Counted from the first letter of the stretch, positions 49,471 to 61,600 are shown. The stretch: 64,000 nucleotides of DNA from Squalus acanthias (GCA_030390025.1 CM059425.1:164116001-164180000); one strand, 5' to 3'. Notes: generated from the sequence alone by a model not told the origin. Translations and numbers: made by a program.

Positions 49471-50722
49471 AAACATAGAAACATAGAAGATAGGAGCAGG
49501 AGTAGGCCATTCGGCCCCTCGAGCCTGCTCCGCCATTCAATGCGATCATGGCTGATCATCCAAATTCAGTACCCTGTCCCTGCTTTCTCCCCATATCCCT
49601 TGATCCCTTTAGCCTTAAGAAATATATCTAACTCCTTCTTGAATATATTTAATGAATTGGCCTCAACTGCCTTCTGTGGTAGAGAATTCCACAGGTTCAC
49701 CACTCTCTGGGTGAAGAAATTCCTCCTCATCTCTGTCCTAAATGGCTTACCCCTTATCCTTAGACTGTGACCCCTGGTTCTGGACTCCCCCGCCATCGGG
49801 AACAGCCTTCCTGCATCTAGTCTGTCTAGTCCTGTTAGAATTTTATAAGTTTCAATGAGATCCCCTCTCATTCTTCTAAACTCTAGCAAATATAAGCCTA
49901 ATTGACCCAATCTCTCTTCATACATCATTCCTGCCATCCCAGGTATCAGTCTGGTGAATCTTCGCTACATTCCCTCCATGGCAAGAACATCCTTCCTCAG
50001 ATAAGGCGACCAAAACTGCACACAATACTCAAGGTGTGGTCTCATCAAGGCCCTGTACAACTGCAGCAAGACATCCTTGCTCCTGTACTCGAATCCACTC
50101 ACTATGAAGGCCAACATACCATTTGCCTTCTTAACCGCCTGCTGCACCTGCATGCTTTCCTTCAGCGACTGGTGCACAAGGACACCCAGGTCTCATTGCA
50201 CTTCCCCTTTTCCCAATCTATTGCCGTTCAGATAATAATCTGCCTTCCTGTTTTTGCCACCAAAGTGGATAACCTCGCATTTATTCACATTATACTGCAT
50301 CTGCCATGCATCTGCCCAATCACCCAACCTGTCCAAATCACACTGGAGTTTCTCTGCATCCTCCTCACAGCACACACACCCACCCAGCTTTGTGTCGTCT
50401 GCAAACTTGGAGATATTACATCTAGTTCCCTCGTCTAGATCATTAATATATATTGTGAATAACTGGGGTCCTAGCACCGATCCCTGCGGTACCCCACTAG
50501 TCACTGCCTGCCACTCGGAAAAAGACTCGTTTATTCCAACTCTTTGCTTCCTGTCTGCCAACCAGTTTTCTATCCAAGTCAGTACCTTACCCCCAATCCC
50601 ATGTGTTTTAACTTTGCATGCTAATCTCTTATGCGGGACCTTATTGAAAGCCTTCTGAAAGTCTAAATACACCACATCCACTGGTTCTCCCTTATCTAGT
50701 CTACCAGTTACATCCTCAAAAA
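49471..50722 (-). mobile_element. 5'-truncated CR1 inserted in the Vingi-like element
   Basis: [15 protein letters not shown] and HLEYCVQFWSP motifs with 3' tail. Confidence 0.94.
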
Positions 50723-50998
50723 ATGGCAGCTGCAGGACCATGAGGCAGAGCAGTATTCTGCAGCAGAGTAGATGAAGGCCACTGTTGCAGTACAAAATGT
50801 TCTACCTGTGCTCCCCCATGACGGTCCAGGTTCACCCTGGTTTTTACTTATTGGCCGGTGTTGGTGAGATGGGGCCGATAGGTGAGAGATAGATAGGGAG
50901 GAAATAATATAGCTGCGATTAAATGTCATACCCTATACAGAGGCTGAGGCATCTCTTCACATGAAGAATTATAACTGTGAAACTAGCACAAGAACATT

Positions 50999-51740
50999 GG
51001 GCCAAAAATTCATCCCGCTGTGCGAGAGTATGCACTGCGTACTCTCGCGTATTCTCTCTCCAATTGCCGGTTTTCTGCATGCCCTGCGCATGCGCTAAAA
51101 ACCGGCACTTGGTCTTTTGAAAAGGGGGCGGTTCCTCGGTGCATCGCGTGCGCGCTACAGGCTGCGCGCACGCTGTGCACTTAGTGCTTTGGACGCGCAG
51201 GTAAGGACGGAAGATTTTAGAAATGGAAAAAGGAGGAGTAAGACCCACTTTTAACAAGGTAAGTAGTGAATTAAGTATTTTTTTGAATTTTTTTTAACAG
51301 GTATATCTTTTTTAGAGACTTTAAAGACAGGTACGTTTATTTTTATAACTTTTTAAAAGATTTTAAATTTTTTCAAAAATTTCATTTTTTATTTAAAATG
51401 GTTAATTTATTTAACTATACTTATTTTATTAATGTGATGGTTTTTTTAAAATTTAATTGAGGTTTAGCTGTTATTTTGGGGGTGTGTAAGATTCATAGCT
51501 TTCACAGCACGTATGTGAAACTTATGAATGGAAGATGGTGTGCTGCCATTGGCTCTAACTGAGTCACGTGATCCCACAGCTCGCACGAATTCACTACGCC
51601 GGTGGGATACGCAAGCACTGCCCAGCTGATGTCTGGAACATCAAGTTCGTGCGAGCTGGATCTGAAAAAGCCAACGCGGAGTGAGAGATCGCGCCTGCTC
51701 CTTACCCCCGCGGGAACAGAGCGAGATCAATTTCTGGGCC
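50999..51740. mobile_element. Harbinger-type MITE (TGCGCATGCGC family)
   Basis: TIRs GGGCCAAAAATT / AATTTCTGGGCC with ATT TSD. Confidence 0.85.
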
Positions 51741-52430
51741 ATTATTTTTGTTTTGCAAGAATAAATATGCACACTTTAACAAGCCACAGAAAGCATTCGG
51801 TACTCAAAGGATTAAGCACTAAAGCTGGTTTATTGACAGTGACATGCATAAAGATCTTCTGAGAGCTATCTCATTTACTGCAGGCAATCAGCTGAAGACA
51901 GTATTTTATCAGTCCCACGAGCATGGTACATCTTTAATTTCATTTATTTGGAAGCCTGAATTTTAGTTTACTATTCAAATGTTTATCTCTGGTTTCTGCT
52001 GTCAAATGTATTTTTTTCTCCTTAAGACAAGCATCATGACCAGATAACAAAATGGTCTCCAATGCTGTAGCATTCGTAAATATATGCTGTGCTATGCCAC
52101 TGTCTCATCTCATACTCATCAATATTCTGGGTTCTTTATCTGTCTCATGACCAGCTATGAGGGGTAAAAGGGAAGAGGAAGCTCGGCATTCCCACTGCTC
52201 AGTGCATCCTGTAGATAGTATACAATGCAGCCACAGTTTGCCGGTGGTTAAGTGGGTGGATGCTTAAGATACTGAATGAAGTGCCCATCAAGCGGGCTGC
52301 TTTGTCATGGATGGTGTCAAGTATCTTGAGTGCTGTTGCAGCTGCGCCCTTCCTCGTAAGTGGAGAGTAGGAGAGTATTCCATTACACTCCTGACTTGTG
52401 CCTTGTAGGTGGTGGAGAAGCTCTGGGGAG

Positions 52431-53232
52431 TGTAGGATAGGGTGTATTTGTATGATTTAGTAAAACATTTTTGTATAACTATAATATGTGAAATTGTATG
52501 TTAAAAGCCTGAAAGCTTGTATAAAATGGCAAATGGCTGAGAGAAAAGCAGGATGGGAAATTGTGCTAACCTGACTGAAACTCGCTCTGTTTGCAATTAC
52601 TGAAGTAATGGAACGTAACGCTAAGTTTATGGAGACTATCAGGGAGGTGGTATTCAGTAATGTGATCGAAAAGAGATAAGAGCTGGAGAGAGAGAGATAA
52701 GAGAAGTACCCCTCAGTGATAACTACTATAAAATGGACAAATTGTTTAGACAACATCTTGGGGAATGGTCTTTGGAAAGAGAATATCTAAAGTTAAAAGG
52801 GCCCTTTGATATGCACAAAGCGAGTCCGAGTGGGATCAACAAGGTCGTAAAACATGTATTGGTGTCGGATAGCTGTTTGTAGTCATGTAGGAAGAGGGAA
52901 AAAGGTGTATAAAGATACTGATTTTGAACACTGAAGGCAGCGCGAACCAGAGTTGAAGAAGCTTCAGTCGACAGAACACAGCAAGAAACCAGAGAAGCGA
53001 GCTTCAGTCGAGAGAAAACAGCAAGAGAAGAAAGAGACCACGCCACAGTCGCTCGGAAGGAACGCCGAGGCTCAAACGAACAAGACTGTGACTATCTCCT
53101 TGTTAAGTATTACTTCTTTGTACTGGATGTTTAATGCTTAATAAACCTGTTTTACTGATACACAATATACCTGGACCCAGAGTGGTTTGTGTAGTCACGG
53201 ACAAATTATTATAAGAGCTTTTGGAAGCTACA
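52431..53232 (+). mobile_element. Solo LTR, 802 bp
   Basis: TGTAG...CTACA termini, 4-bp GGAG TSD, TATAAA at ~52908 and AATAAA at ~53140. Confidence 0.88.
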
Positions 53233-53727
53233 GGAGTCAAGAGGTGAGCCACTCGCCGCAGAAAACCCAGCCTCTGAACTGGTCTACTGGCCACGATATT
53301 TATGTGGCTGGTTAATGGTGACCCCTAGAATGTTGATGGTGGGGTCTTGGCAATGCTAATGCCATTGAATGTCAAGGGAAGTGGGTAGACTCTCTCTTGT
53401 TGGAGATGGTCATTGCCTGGCACTTGTATGGCGCAAATGTTACTTGCCACTTATCAGCCCAAGCCTGAATGTTGTCTAGGTCTTGCTGCATGTGACAATG
53501 GACTGCTTCATTATCTGAGGAGTTGTGAATGGCTCCGAAAACTGTGTAATCATAGTGAACAACTCCATATCTGACCTAATGATGAAGGGAAGGTCATTGA
53601 TGAAGCAGCTGAAGATAGTTGATGTGGTGTGTTCCATGGTCTGGGACTCATGGCCACAGTCGCACTTTGGGTCGACCCTCATCTTCCACTGTGAAGCAGG
53701 CGGCCGCATCATCCATGCCCTGTGCAG

Positions 53728-54180
53728 ATCCAGGACAAAGCAGCCCATTTGATTGGCACCCCATCCACCACCTTAAACATTCACTCCCTCCACCACCGAC
53801 GTACCGTGGCTGCAGTGTGTACCATCTACAAGATGCACTGCAGCAACTCGCCAAGGCTTCTTTGGCAGCACCTCCCAAACCCACGACCTCTTCCACCTAG
53901 AAGGACAAGGGCAGCAGGCACATGGGAACACCACCACCTCCAAGTTCCCCTCCAAGTCACACACCATCCTGACTTAGAAGTATATCGCCGATCCTTCATC
54001 GTCGCTGGGTCAAAATCCTGGAACTCCCTACCTAACAGCACTGTGGGAGTACCTTCACCACACGGACTGCAGCGGTTCAAGAAGGTGGCTCACCACCACC
54101 TTCTCAAGGGCAACTAGGGATGAGCAATAAATGCTGGCCTTGCCAGCGACGCCCACATCCCATAAGTGAATTTTTAAAAA
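53728..54180 (+). mobile_element. Young CR1 family-2 3' end with a Vingi-like piece (53600-53729) at its 5' junction
   Basis: Near-identical to the reverse complement of 29256-29700. Confidence 0.88.
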
Positions 54181-55639
54181 AGCTGGGCCTAGGACACTGC
54201 CCTGAGGGACTCCTGCCGGGATGTCCTGGGGCTGAGATGATTGGCCTCCTCCAACAACTACAATCATCTGCCTTTGTGCTAGGTATGACTCCAGCCAGTG
54301 ACAAGTGCCTCCCCCATTCCCCCGCCACCAATTCTGACTTCAGTTTTACTAGGGCTCCTTGGTGCCACACTCAGTCAAATGCTACCTTGATGTCACCTCT
54401 CACCTCATGTCTGGAATTCAGGTCTTGTGTCCATGTTTGGACCAAGGCAATAATGAAGTTTGGAACGAGTGGGCCTGGCGTAACCCAAACTGAGCATTGG
54501 TGAGCAGGCTATTGGTGCCAGTTGATAGCACTTTTTACATCTCCGTCCATCACTTTGCTGATTATTGGAAGTAGGTTGATAGGACGGTAATTGGCCGGGT
54601 TGGATTTGTACAGCTTTTTGTGAACATGACATGCCTGAGCAATTTTCCACATTGTTGGGTAGATGCCAGTGTTGTAGCTGAACTGCAGCAGCTTAGCCAG
54701 GGACGTGGCTAGTTCTGGATCACAGACCATCAGCACTACAGCTGACATGTTGTCAAGGCCCATAGCCTTTGCTGTGTCCAGTGCACATGTCATGTGGAGT
54801 GAAACAAATTGGCTGAAGTTAGGCATCTGTGATGGTGGGATCCTCAGGAGGAGGTCAAGAAGGATCAAATACTTGGCAGTTCTGGTTGAATATTGTTGCA
54901 AATGATTCAACCTTGTCTTTTGCACTCAGTTTATGGAGCTTCCTTCTCCCATTAGACAGGATTTTTCCCCTGGATTTACGTTGGCTCATGACGTGACTCC
55001 AGCAGACCGCAGTGAGAAATTCTTCAGGAGCCTCTCCACTGGTCCCCCAATGTCGTCCTCCACTTCTGGGATTTACTTCCAGTGAAGAAGGACATCCAAT
55101 ACATCACCCAAATATTGGTGGGAGTATTGTAATCGCATGCAAATAATAGGAATTCATCACTCAACGTGTTTCTTTTCACTTGCGCCATAGTAATACTGGG
55201 TTCTATGGTGACAGGAACCTAACAATTGAAGGACCGCCTTTGTCTGTGCAATTGATCAGAGGGTGATCGATTGCAAAAACTAAGGCTTTATCTGAATTTT
55301 TTTTTTCATGTAACAATTTCAAGGCAACTGCGGCGTTGACGGCCACACTGCACTGTAGCAAGTGTCCATGGCTCGTAGCATCAATTCTCCGCAGATTCCT
55401 AGGCAGCTCCCAGTGGAGGCAAAGGACCCACTTGAAATATGTGTAATATCCTGACCCCATAAAATCATCCAGGGTCAGGGAAGGCCATTGGGGCAGATGT
55501 AACTACCGGTCCAACCAAGATGCTCCCACATTCTACATTTTAATTGTATTTACCATTGCCCCTTAGGATCCCTGTGGGATCAGGAACACTGAAGCAATGT
55601 GCTGCAGTGAAATTCCTCCTTCCCACACCCAGTCAAGTG

Positions 55640-56158
55640 GGTACCCAATTGCGTCAGAAGCAGGGTGGGCACATGCCCACAACATTTAAATGACCCTGAC
55701 CCCAGAATTTCAGACAGGGTCAGAGACTTCAGCACTGAATGGGCAGTTGGCTGCCAGGCGGGAAACCCCTTGTGGATGGTCCCGGCAACTGGGAGCGAGG
55801 GAGCGAAAGATCGGGGCTTGTTGGGGCAGGGGGGAAGAGAGCGGCAGTCGGGAGAGAGGGCACTTAACTTCTTGAGACGGCAGCCCTTTTACTGCCGGGT
55901 TTCCCAAGCCATGGAAAACCCAGCCGGCAACTGTTAAATTTAAATCAGGGTCCCAATTGCCTGATTTAAATATGTTAATGAAGTATCCCGCCCCCTTAAA
56001 GGTGGGACACTCGCACGGCACAGTATCCACCACTGTAAAAGTGGCAGCAGGCACGTACATGGTGAGTCAGGAACACATTCCCCGTTTTTTACATTTTTAC
56101 CCCCCCACCCCCACCTCTGACCCTCTCCCAACTGTCGTGTGGGGTTAATATCGAGACC
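55640..56158. mobile_element. Harbinger-type right-end fragment
   Basis: Subterminal pattern like 18700-18928, ending in TIR-like AATATCGAGACC followed by TTT. Confidence 0.5.
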
Positions 56159-57184
56159 TTTATATGGTGTTTTTTCTAGCATTTTGGAATCGCCATTTTT
56201 TGAATTTTTACATGTAAAGAGGAAGGCCTCTAGATTTTTCTCATCTGAAAGGTTTCTGCCAACAGTGAGGGGGGATGGGATGGAACTTCCAGCTGCTATG
56301 CTGATCCACTGTGGCTCTGTCCCATTTTGTTGATTGTGTTTAACTAGGAAGTCAGGGTGGGCAGCCAAAGCTAGGTGCACCTTCCTATGAGGGTGTGCCA
56401 CTGTGTAAGAGAAATATCCTGTGCAACGCTTCACTCACTGCAGCTACTTAAAGGGTAGGTCAACAACGTAATAAAATGGAGAATCTTCTGAAACAAAGCC
56501 CTGCTTCCAAAAAATCTTTCTGTGTTGGGGTGGGAAGCAGTAGGATAGCGCCAGCTGCTGAAGGAACGTGAAGAGCGCCTATAATCATACTTACCACCTG
56601 TCTCCCGCCCCCCCAAAAGACACAAAGCGATTTTTAGATACAGGTGTTGTTATTAGGAAACAATGCTGGGGCATAGACTGAGAGAAATTGGATTTCAGGT
56701 CAAGACCTGTTCTTCCACCATCATTTGCATACAATGGGTGAGCAAATGATGGGTGAAGGAGAATTCCGGTAGACCTTTTTAGGAGCGGGATTAAGCAGGA
56801 GGCTTCCCTACTGTAATTTCCTCCATTACTGTACTGTAATGCTCAAAAATGGGCAATTTTCAGAAGGCGGAGCAGGCTCGAGGGGCCGTATTGCCTACTC
56901 CTGCTCCTAATTCTTACATTCTTAGGAAAATTGAGGCCAGAGATTTTTGCGTAACTTTATTGAAAATTACTTGTTGCCATTTTTGGAAATGCATTATTTT
57001 TCTTTATATTTTAAAACTTCTTTCTCCCAATATCAGCAGATAATCTATTCCTGGGAGCAAAGTTTTAATTAATTTCCTTTTAAGAAATTGGCTCATGGTA
57101 AATAGAGTCTTCAAACCTATCCTTATTAGACATGGAATAATTTCAGTCAGAGCTGTAGGCAGAATTGTAACAATCATTCCACGT

Positions 57185-57277
57185 GTCAGCTGGGCTCAGT
57201 GGATAGCACTCTCACCTCTGAGTCAGAAGGTTGTGGGTTCAATTCCCACTCCAGAGTCTATTTTAAAGAAGAGCAGG
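57185..57277 (+). mobile_element. DeuSINE 5' part (3' part at 60790-61028)
   Basis: Head matches 23100, and gaagagcagg resumes as aaaagcaggggagttatccc. Confidence 0.75.
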
Positions 57278-57295
57278 AACAGTAGTATAGTGGTT

Positions 57296-58951
57296 GACAT
57301 GAATCTTGATGCGGAGATGCCGGCGTTGGACTGGGTGGACAAAAACGAGAAGTCGCACAACACCAGGTTATAGTCCAACAGATTTATTTAAAATTACAAG
57401 CTTTCGGAGCTATCCTGCCCCTTCTTCAGGTAGAGTTACTGTGAGAGAATCTACCAGAATTCACAGAATATAAACACAGAGAAAATGCAGAGATTCAATC
57501 TTTCCCTACATCAAAGACACACTAAGAGCACAGCCAAGACAATGAGATGTGTCCCAGGGGGTCCAACGTGTCAAAACACCTGCTGGCTGCATATCCTCTC
57601 CATTTGGGTTTGTTTCTTGTGTTTGTTTTTTTAAAAAGCTGGAAAGACAGGCAACGATGTCAAGTCACGTTCTGTAGCATGACATGAACCCGATATCCCG
57701 ATTGAGGCCGTCCTCATGAGTGCGGAACTTGGCTATCAGTTTCTGCTCGATGATTTTGCGTTGTCGTGTATCACGAAGGCCGCCTTGGAGAACGCTAACC
57801 CGCAGATCCGAGGCTGAATGCCCTTGACTGCTGAAGTGTTCCCCGACTGGGAGGCAACCATCCTGCCTGGCGATTGTTGCGCGGTGTCCGTTCATACATT
57901 GTCTCAGTGTCTGCATGGTCTCGCCGATGTACCATGCTCTGGGGCATCCTTCACTGCAACGTATCAGGTAGACAACGTTGGCCGAGTCACATGAGTATGT
58001 ACCATGTACCTGGTGGGTAGTGTCCTCACGTGTGATGACGGTATCTGTGTCCATGATCTGGCATGTCTTGCAGAGGTTGCCGTGGCAGGGTTGTGTGGTG
58101 TCGTGGTCGCTATTCTCCTGACAGCTGGGTAATTTGCTGCGAACGATGGTACTTTTGAGGTTAGGCGGCTGCTTGAAGGCGAGTAGTGGAGGCGTGGGGA
58201 TGGCCTTAGCAAGGTGTTCGTCGTCATCGATGACATGTTGAAGGCTGCGAAGAACATGGCGTAGTTTCTCCGCTCCGGGGAAGTACTGGACGACGTAGGG
58301 TACTCTGTTGGTTGTGTCCTGTGTTCGTCTTCTGAGGAGGTCTATGCGATTTTTCGCTGTGGCCCGTCGGAACTGTCGATCGATGAGTCGAGCGTCATAT
58401 CACGTTCTTACGAGGGCGTCTTTCAGTGTCCGTAGGTGTCCATCGCATTCCTCCTCGTCTGAGCCGATCCTGTGTATTCGCAGGGCTTGTCCATAGGGGA
58501 TGGCTTCTTTAACGTGGTTAGGGTGGAAGCTGGAGAAGTGGAGCATCGTGATGTTGCCCGTGGGCTTGCGGTAGAGTGAAGTGCTGAGGCGTCCGTCTTT
58601 GATGGAGATTCGTGTGTCCAAGAATGAAACCGATTCTGAGGAGTAGTCCATGGTGAGTTTGATAGTGGGATGGAACCTGTTGATGCTATCGTGTAGTCCT
58701 TTCAGTGATCCTTCGCCGTGGGTCCAAAGGAAGAAGATGTCGTCGATGTATCTGGTGTACAGCGTTGGTTGGAGGTCCTGTGCAGCGAAGAAGTCTTGCT
58801 CGAACTTGTGCATGAAGATGTTGGCGTATTGGGGTGCGAATTTGGTCCCCATGGCTGTTCCGTGTGTTTGGGTAAAAAACTGGTTGTCGAAGGTGAAGAC
58901 ATTGTGGTCAAGGATGAAGCGGATGAGTTGTAGGATGGCGTCTGGAGATTG
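57296..58951 (-). mobile_element. Penelope-like element 1 (Neptune-type): RT C-half, Cys linker, GIY-YIG, 3' region with hammerhead
   Basis: GTAMG, RYIDD, SFLD, PCHGNLCKTC and NVVYLIRC..C...YIGET motifs. One frame 57665-58951 with a single TGA at 58400-58402. Confidence 0.92.
57395..57432 (-). ncRNA. Minimal type I hammerhead ribozyme with intact core
   Basis: uac-CUGAAGA-A-GGGGC(aggaua)GCUCC-GAAA-GCU-U-gua, with palindromic AGCU stem III. Confidence 0.78.
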
Positions 58952-59128
58952 AATCTTGTCATTCATGTGGAAATGACTTATGAAATAATACTGGGCGGCC
59001 TGCTGGTGGCGCTGTCCAGGGAGAGTATAAATACTCGGGCATGGGCAAGCTTGCTCAAGACATTCTTTTACAGGAACTAGTGAAGGACACAACTAGATCT
59101 CTATGTTGAAAAACAGTTGATTAAAGCT

Positions 59129-60310
59129 CTGATGATGCCACCTTCCATACCAGTGCTTCCGACATGTCTTCCTTTTTCCTTAACCGAGGATTCCCCTCTA
59201 CCGTGGTCGACACGGCCCTCGACCGTGTCCGTTCTATCTCCCGCACTTCTGCCCTCACCCCTGCCGCTCCCTCCCGGAACCACGATAGGGTTCCCCTTGT
59301 CCTCACCTTTCACCCCACCAGCCTCCACATTCAACGGATCATCCTCCGCCATTTCCGCCACCTCCAGCGTGATCCCACCACCAAACACATCTTCCCCTCA
59401 CCTCCCCTTTCAGCATTCCGCAGGGACCGCTCCCTCCGCGACACCCTGGTCCACTCCTCTACCACCCCCAGCACCCCTTCCCCTTCGCCCGGCACCTTCC
59501 CGTGCACGCGCAGGAGATGCAACACATGCCCTTATACCTCCCCTCTTCCCACTGTCCAGGGCCCCAAACACCCCTTCCAGGTGAAACAGCGATTTACTTG
59601 TACTTCCTGCAATTTAGTATACTGTATTCGCTGCTCACGATGTGCTCTCCTCTACCTTGGGGAGACCAAACGCAGATTGGGTGACCGCTTTGCGGAACAC
59701 CTCCGCTCAGTCCGTAAGGGGGACCCTGAGCTCCCGGTCGCCTGTCACTTTAATTCACCGCTTCACTCCCACTCTGACCTCACCGTCCTCGGCCTATTAC
59801 ACTGTTCCACGGAAGCGCAGCGTAAGCTCGAGGAACAGCACCTCATCTTTCGTTTAGGCACGCTACAGCCCTCTGGACTCAATATCGAGTTCAACAATTT
59901 TAGATCATAACCTCAGCTCCAATCACATTTATATTTTATTTTTTCCACCCTTTTATTTGCCCCCCCCCACCTTTTTTTTCCTCCTAGAAGCTGGCAGCTG
60001 TCCTTCATTCTGCCAGTGGATTTCACACTTCTTTCAGCCTTAATCTGTCACATTAACACCACCTCTAGCCTTGCATATCTCTTAATGTCTCTTCATCTCC
60101 CCCTTTGTTCCTTTATCCCCTCCCCCTTTTCCCAGCTTTACCCTGGCCTTAAATCTATTTGATTTCCGGCTCTTCCCAGTTCTGACGAAAGGTCATCGAC
60201 CTGAAACGTTTACTCTTTCTCTCTCCACGGATGTTGTCTGGCCCGCTGAGTTTTTCCAGCGTTTTCTGTTGTTATTTCGGATTTCCAGCATCCGCAGTAT
60301 TTTGCTATCG
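59129..60310 (+). mobile_element. Penelope-like element 2 (Neptune-type), 5'-truncated, open to stop at 59910
   Basis: PLVLTFHP, PCTRRRCNTC, NLVYCIRC..C...YLGET and LGTLQPSGLN motifs. 10-bp TSD GATTAAAGCT at 59119-59128 and 60311-60320. Confidence 0.93.
60178..60214 (+). ncRNA. Minimal hammerhead ribozyme motif of PLE-2
   Basis: aguu-CUGACGA-A-AGGUC(auc)GACCU-GAAA-CGU-U-uacu, with palindromic ACGU. The first stem I pair is mismatched. Confidence 0.7.
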
Positions 60311-60363
60311 GATTAAAGCTTTGTTTAACGCTTAGACCAAGTGCCTAGTAGTTTTCTTACGTC

Positions 60364-60790
60364 AGTGGTTATGTTACTGACAGAGACAGGAGACATGAGT
60401 TCAAATTTTGGAGAATTTAAATTCAATTCATTAAATAAATCTGGAATAAAAGAGCTAGTATCAGTAATGGTAGCAATGAAACTACTTGATTGTTGTAAAA
60501 ACCCATTTGGTTCACTAATGTCCTTTAGAGAAGGAAATCTGCTGTCCTAATCTGGTCTGGCCTACATGTGACTCCAGACCCACAGCAATGTGGTTGACTC
60601 TTACTGCCCTCTGAAATGGCCTAGCAAGCTGCGACAAAACGGACTGCAGTGTTCTCATACTCAAACTGCGGCAACACGGACTGCAGTGGTTCAAGAAGGT
60701 AGCATCACCACCACCTTCTCAAGGGCCAGTAGGGATGGATAATAAATCATGGCCTTGTCAGCGATGCTCACATCCTGTGAACAAATGAAA
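60364..60790 (+). mobile_element. tRNA-headed SINE with CR1-2 tail (5' tip at ~57278-57295)
   Basis: Matches 4435-4803. Confidence 0.75.
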
Positions 60791-61419
60791 AAAAGCAGGG
60801 GAGTTATCCCCGGTGTCCTGGCCAATATTTGTCCTTCAATCAACATCACTAAAAACAGATTATCTGGTCATTATTACATTGCTGTTTGTGGGAACTTGCT
60901 GTGCGCAAATTGGCTGCCGTGTTTCCTACATTACAACAGTGACTATACTTCATTGGCTGTAAAGCGCTTTGGGAGGTCCTTAAATTGGGCCGTGCAAGGC
61001 GCTATATAAATGCAGGTCTTCTTTCTTTCACATGCTGCCTCTGCACAACTGGTGGTGCATTTCTGGAGGGGGTGCCTGTGACATATTTTCCAGGAAATTT
61101 ATTTTTACATTAGAAATAGTGCATTCTGGTTAATTTTAAATACTTTTATATTTCACGATTGGTTGTTCTAATAATAAAGGCATTTAAGTTTTCAACAAAG
61201 GAACCTGGTCCAACTTCCTGGTCAAAAGCCCTGCTCTTGGTTCCTCCCCTTGCCAAAGTACTGCTCCGCCATCTCACCTCCACGAAACATTACTCCCAGC
61301 TTCTTCCCACAAAGCACCTCTCCAGCTTCTTCTGCCTTCTTCCCCCGCTTGAAGTGCTGCTCATGGCTTCTCCTCTCACTCTCTTTCCCTTACCCCCCCC
61401 CCACCCCCCGCCCCACCCA

Positions 61420-61600
61420 TCACCAACTGATGCTCCTGATTTCTCCCCTCACTCTCTGTCTCTCCCTCCACCAAGTGCTGTTCCTGATTTCTTTCCTCAC
61501 TCTCTGTCTCTCCCTCCACCAAGAGCTGTTCCTAGATTCTCCTTCTCTCTCTCTCCCTCTTTCTCTCCCACTCCACCAAGTGATGTTCCTATTTCCTTTC
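61420..61600. repeat. Pyrimidine-rich minisatellite, ~48-54-bp unit, about 3 copies
   Basis: Units of tgctgttcctgatttc...ctctgtctctccctccaccaag. Confidence 0.7.

Larger units (their letters stand above)
52160..54950 (-). mobile_element. Older CR1 family-2 copy split by a solo LTR and a chimeric insert
   Basis: Pieces 52160-52430, 53233-53601 and 54181-54950 are colinear with 29500-31010. Confidence 0.8.

Noticed and set aside
57296..60310. One PLE with an inverted 5' pLTR
   Set aside because: The two halves are different families, and PLE-2 has its own 10-bp TSD.
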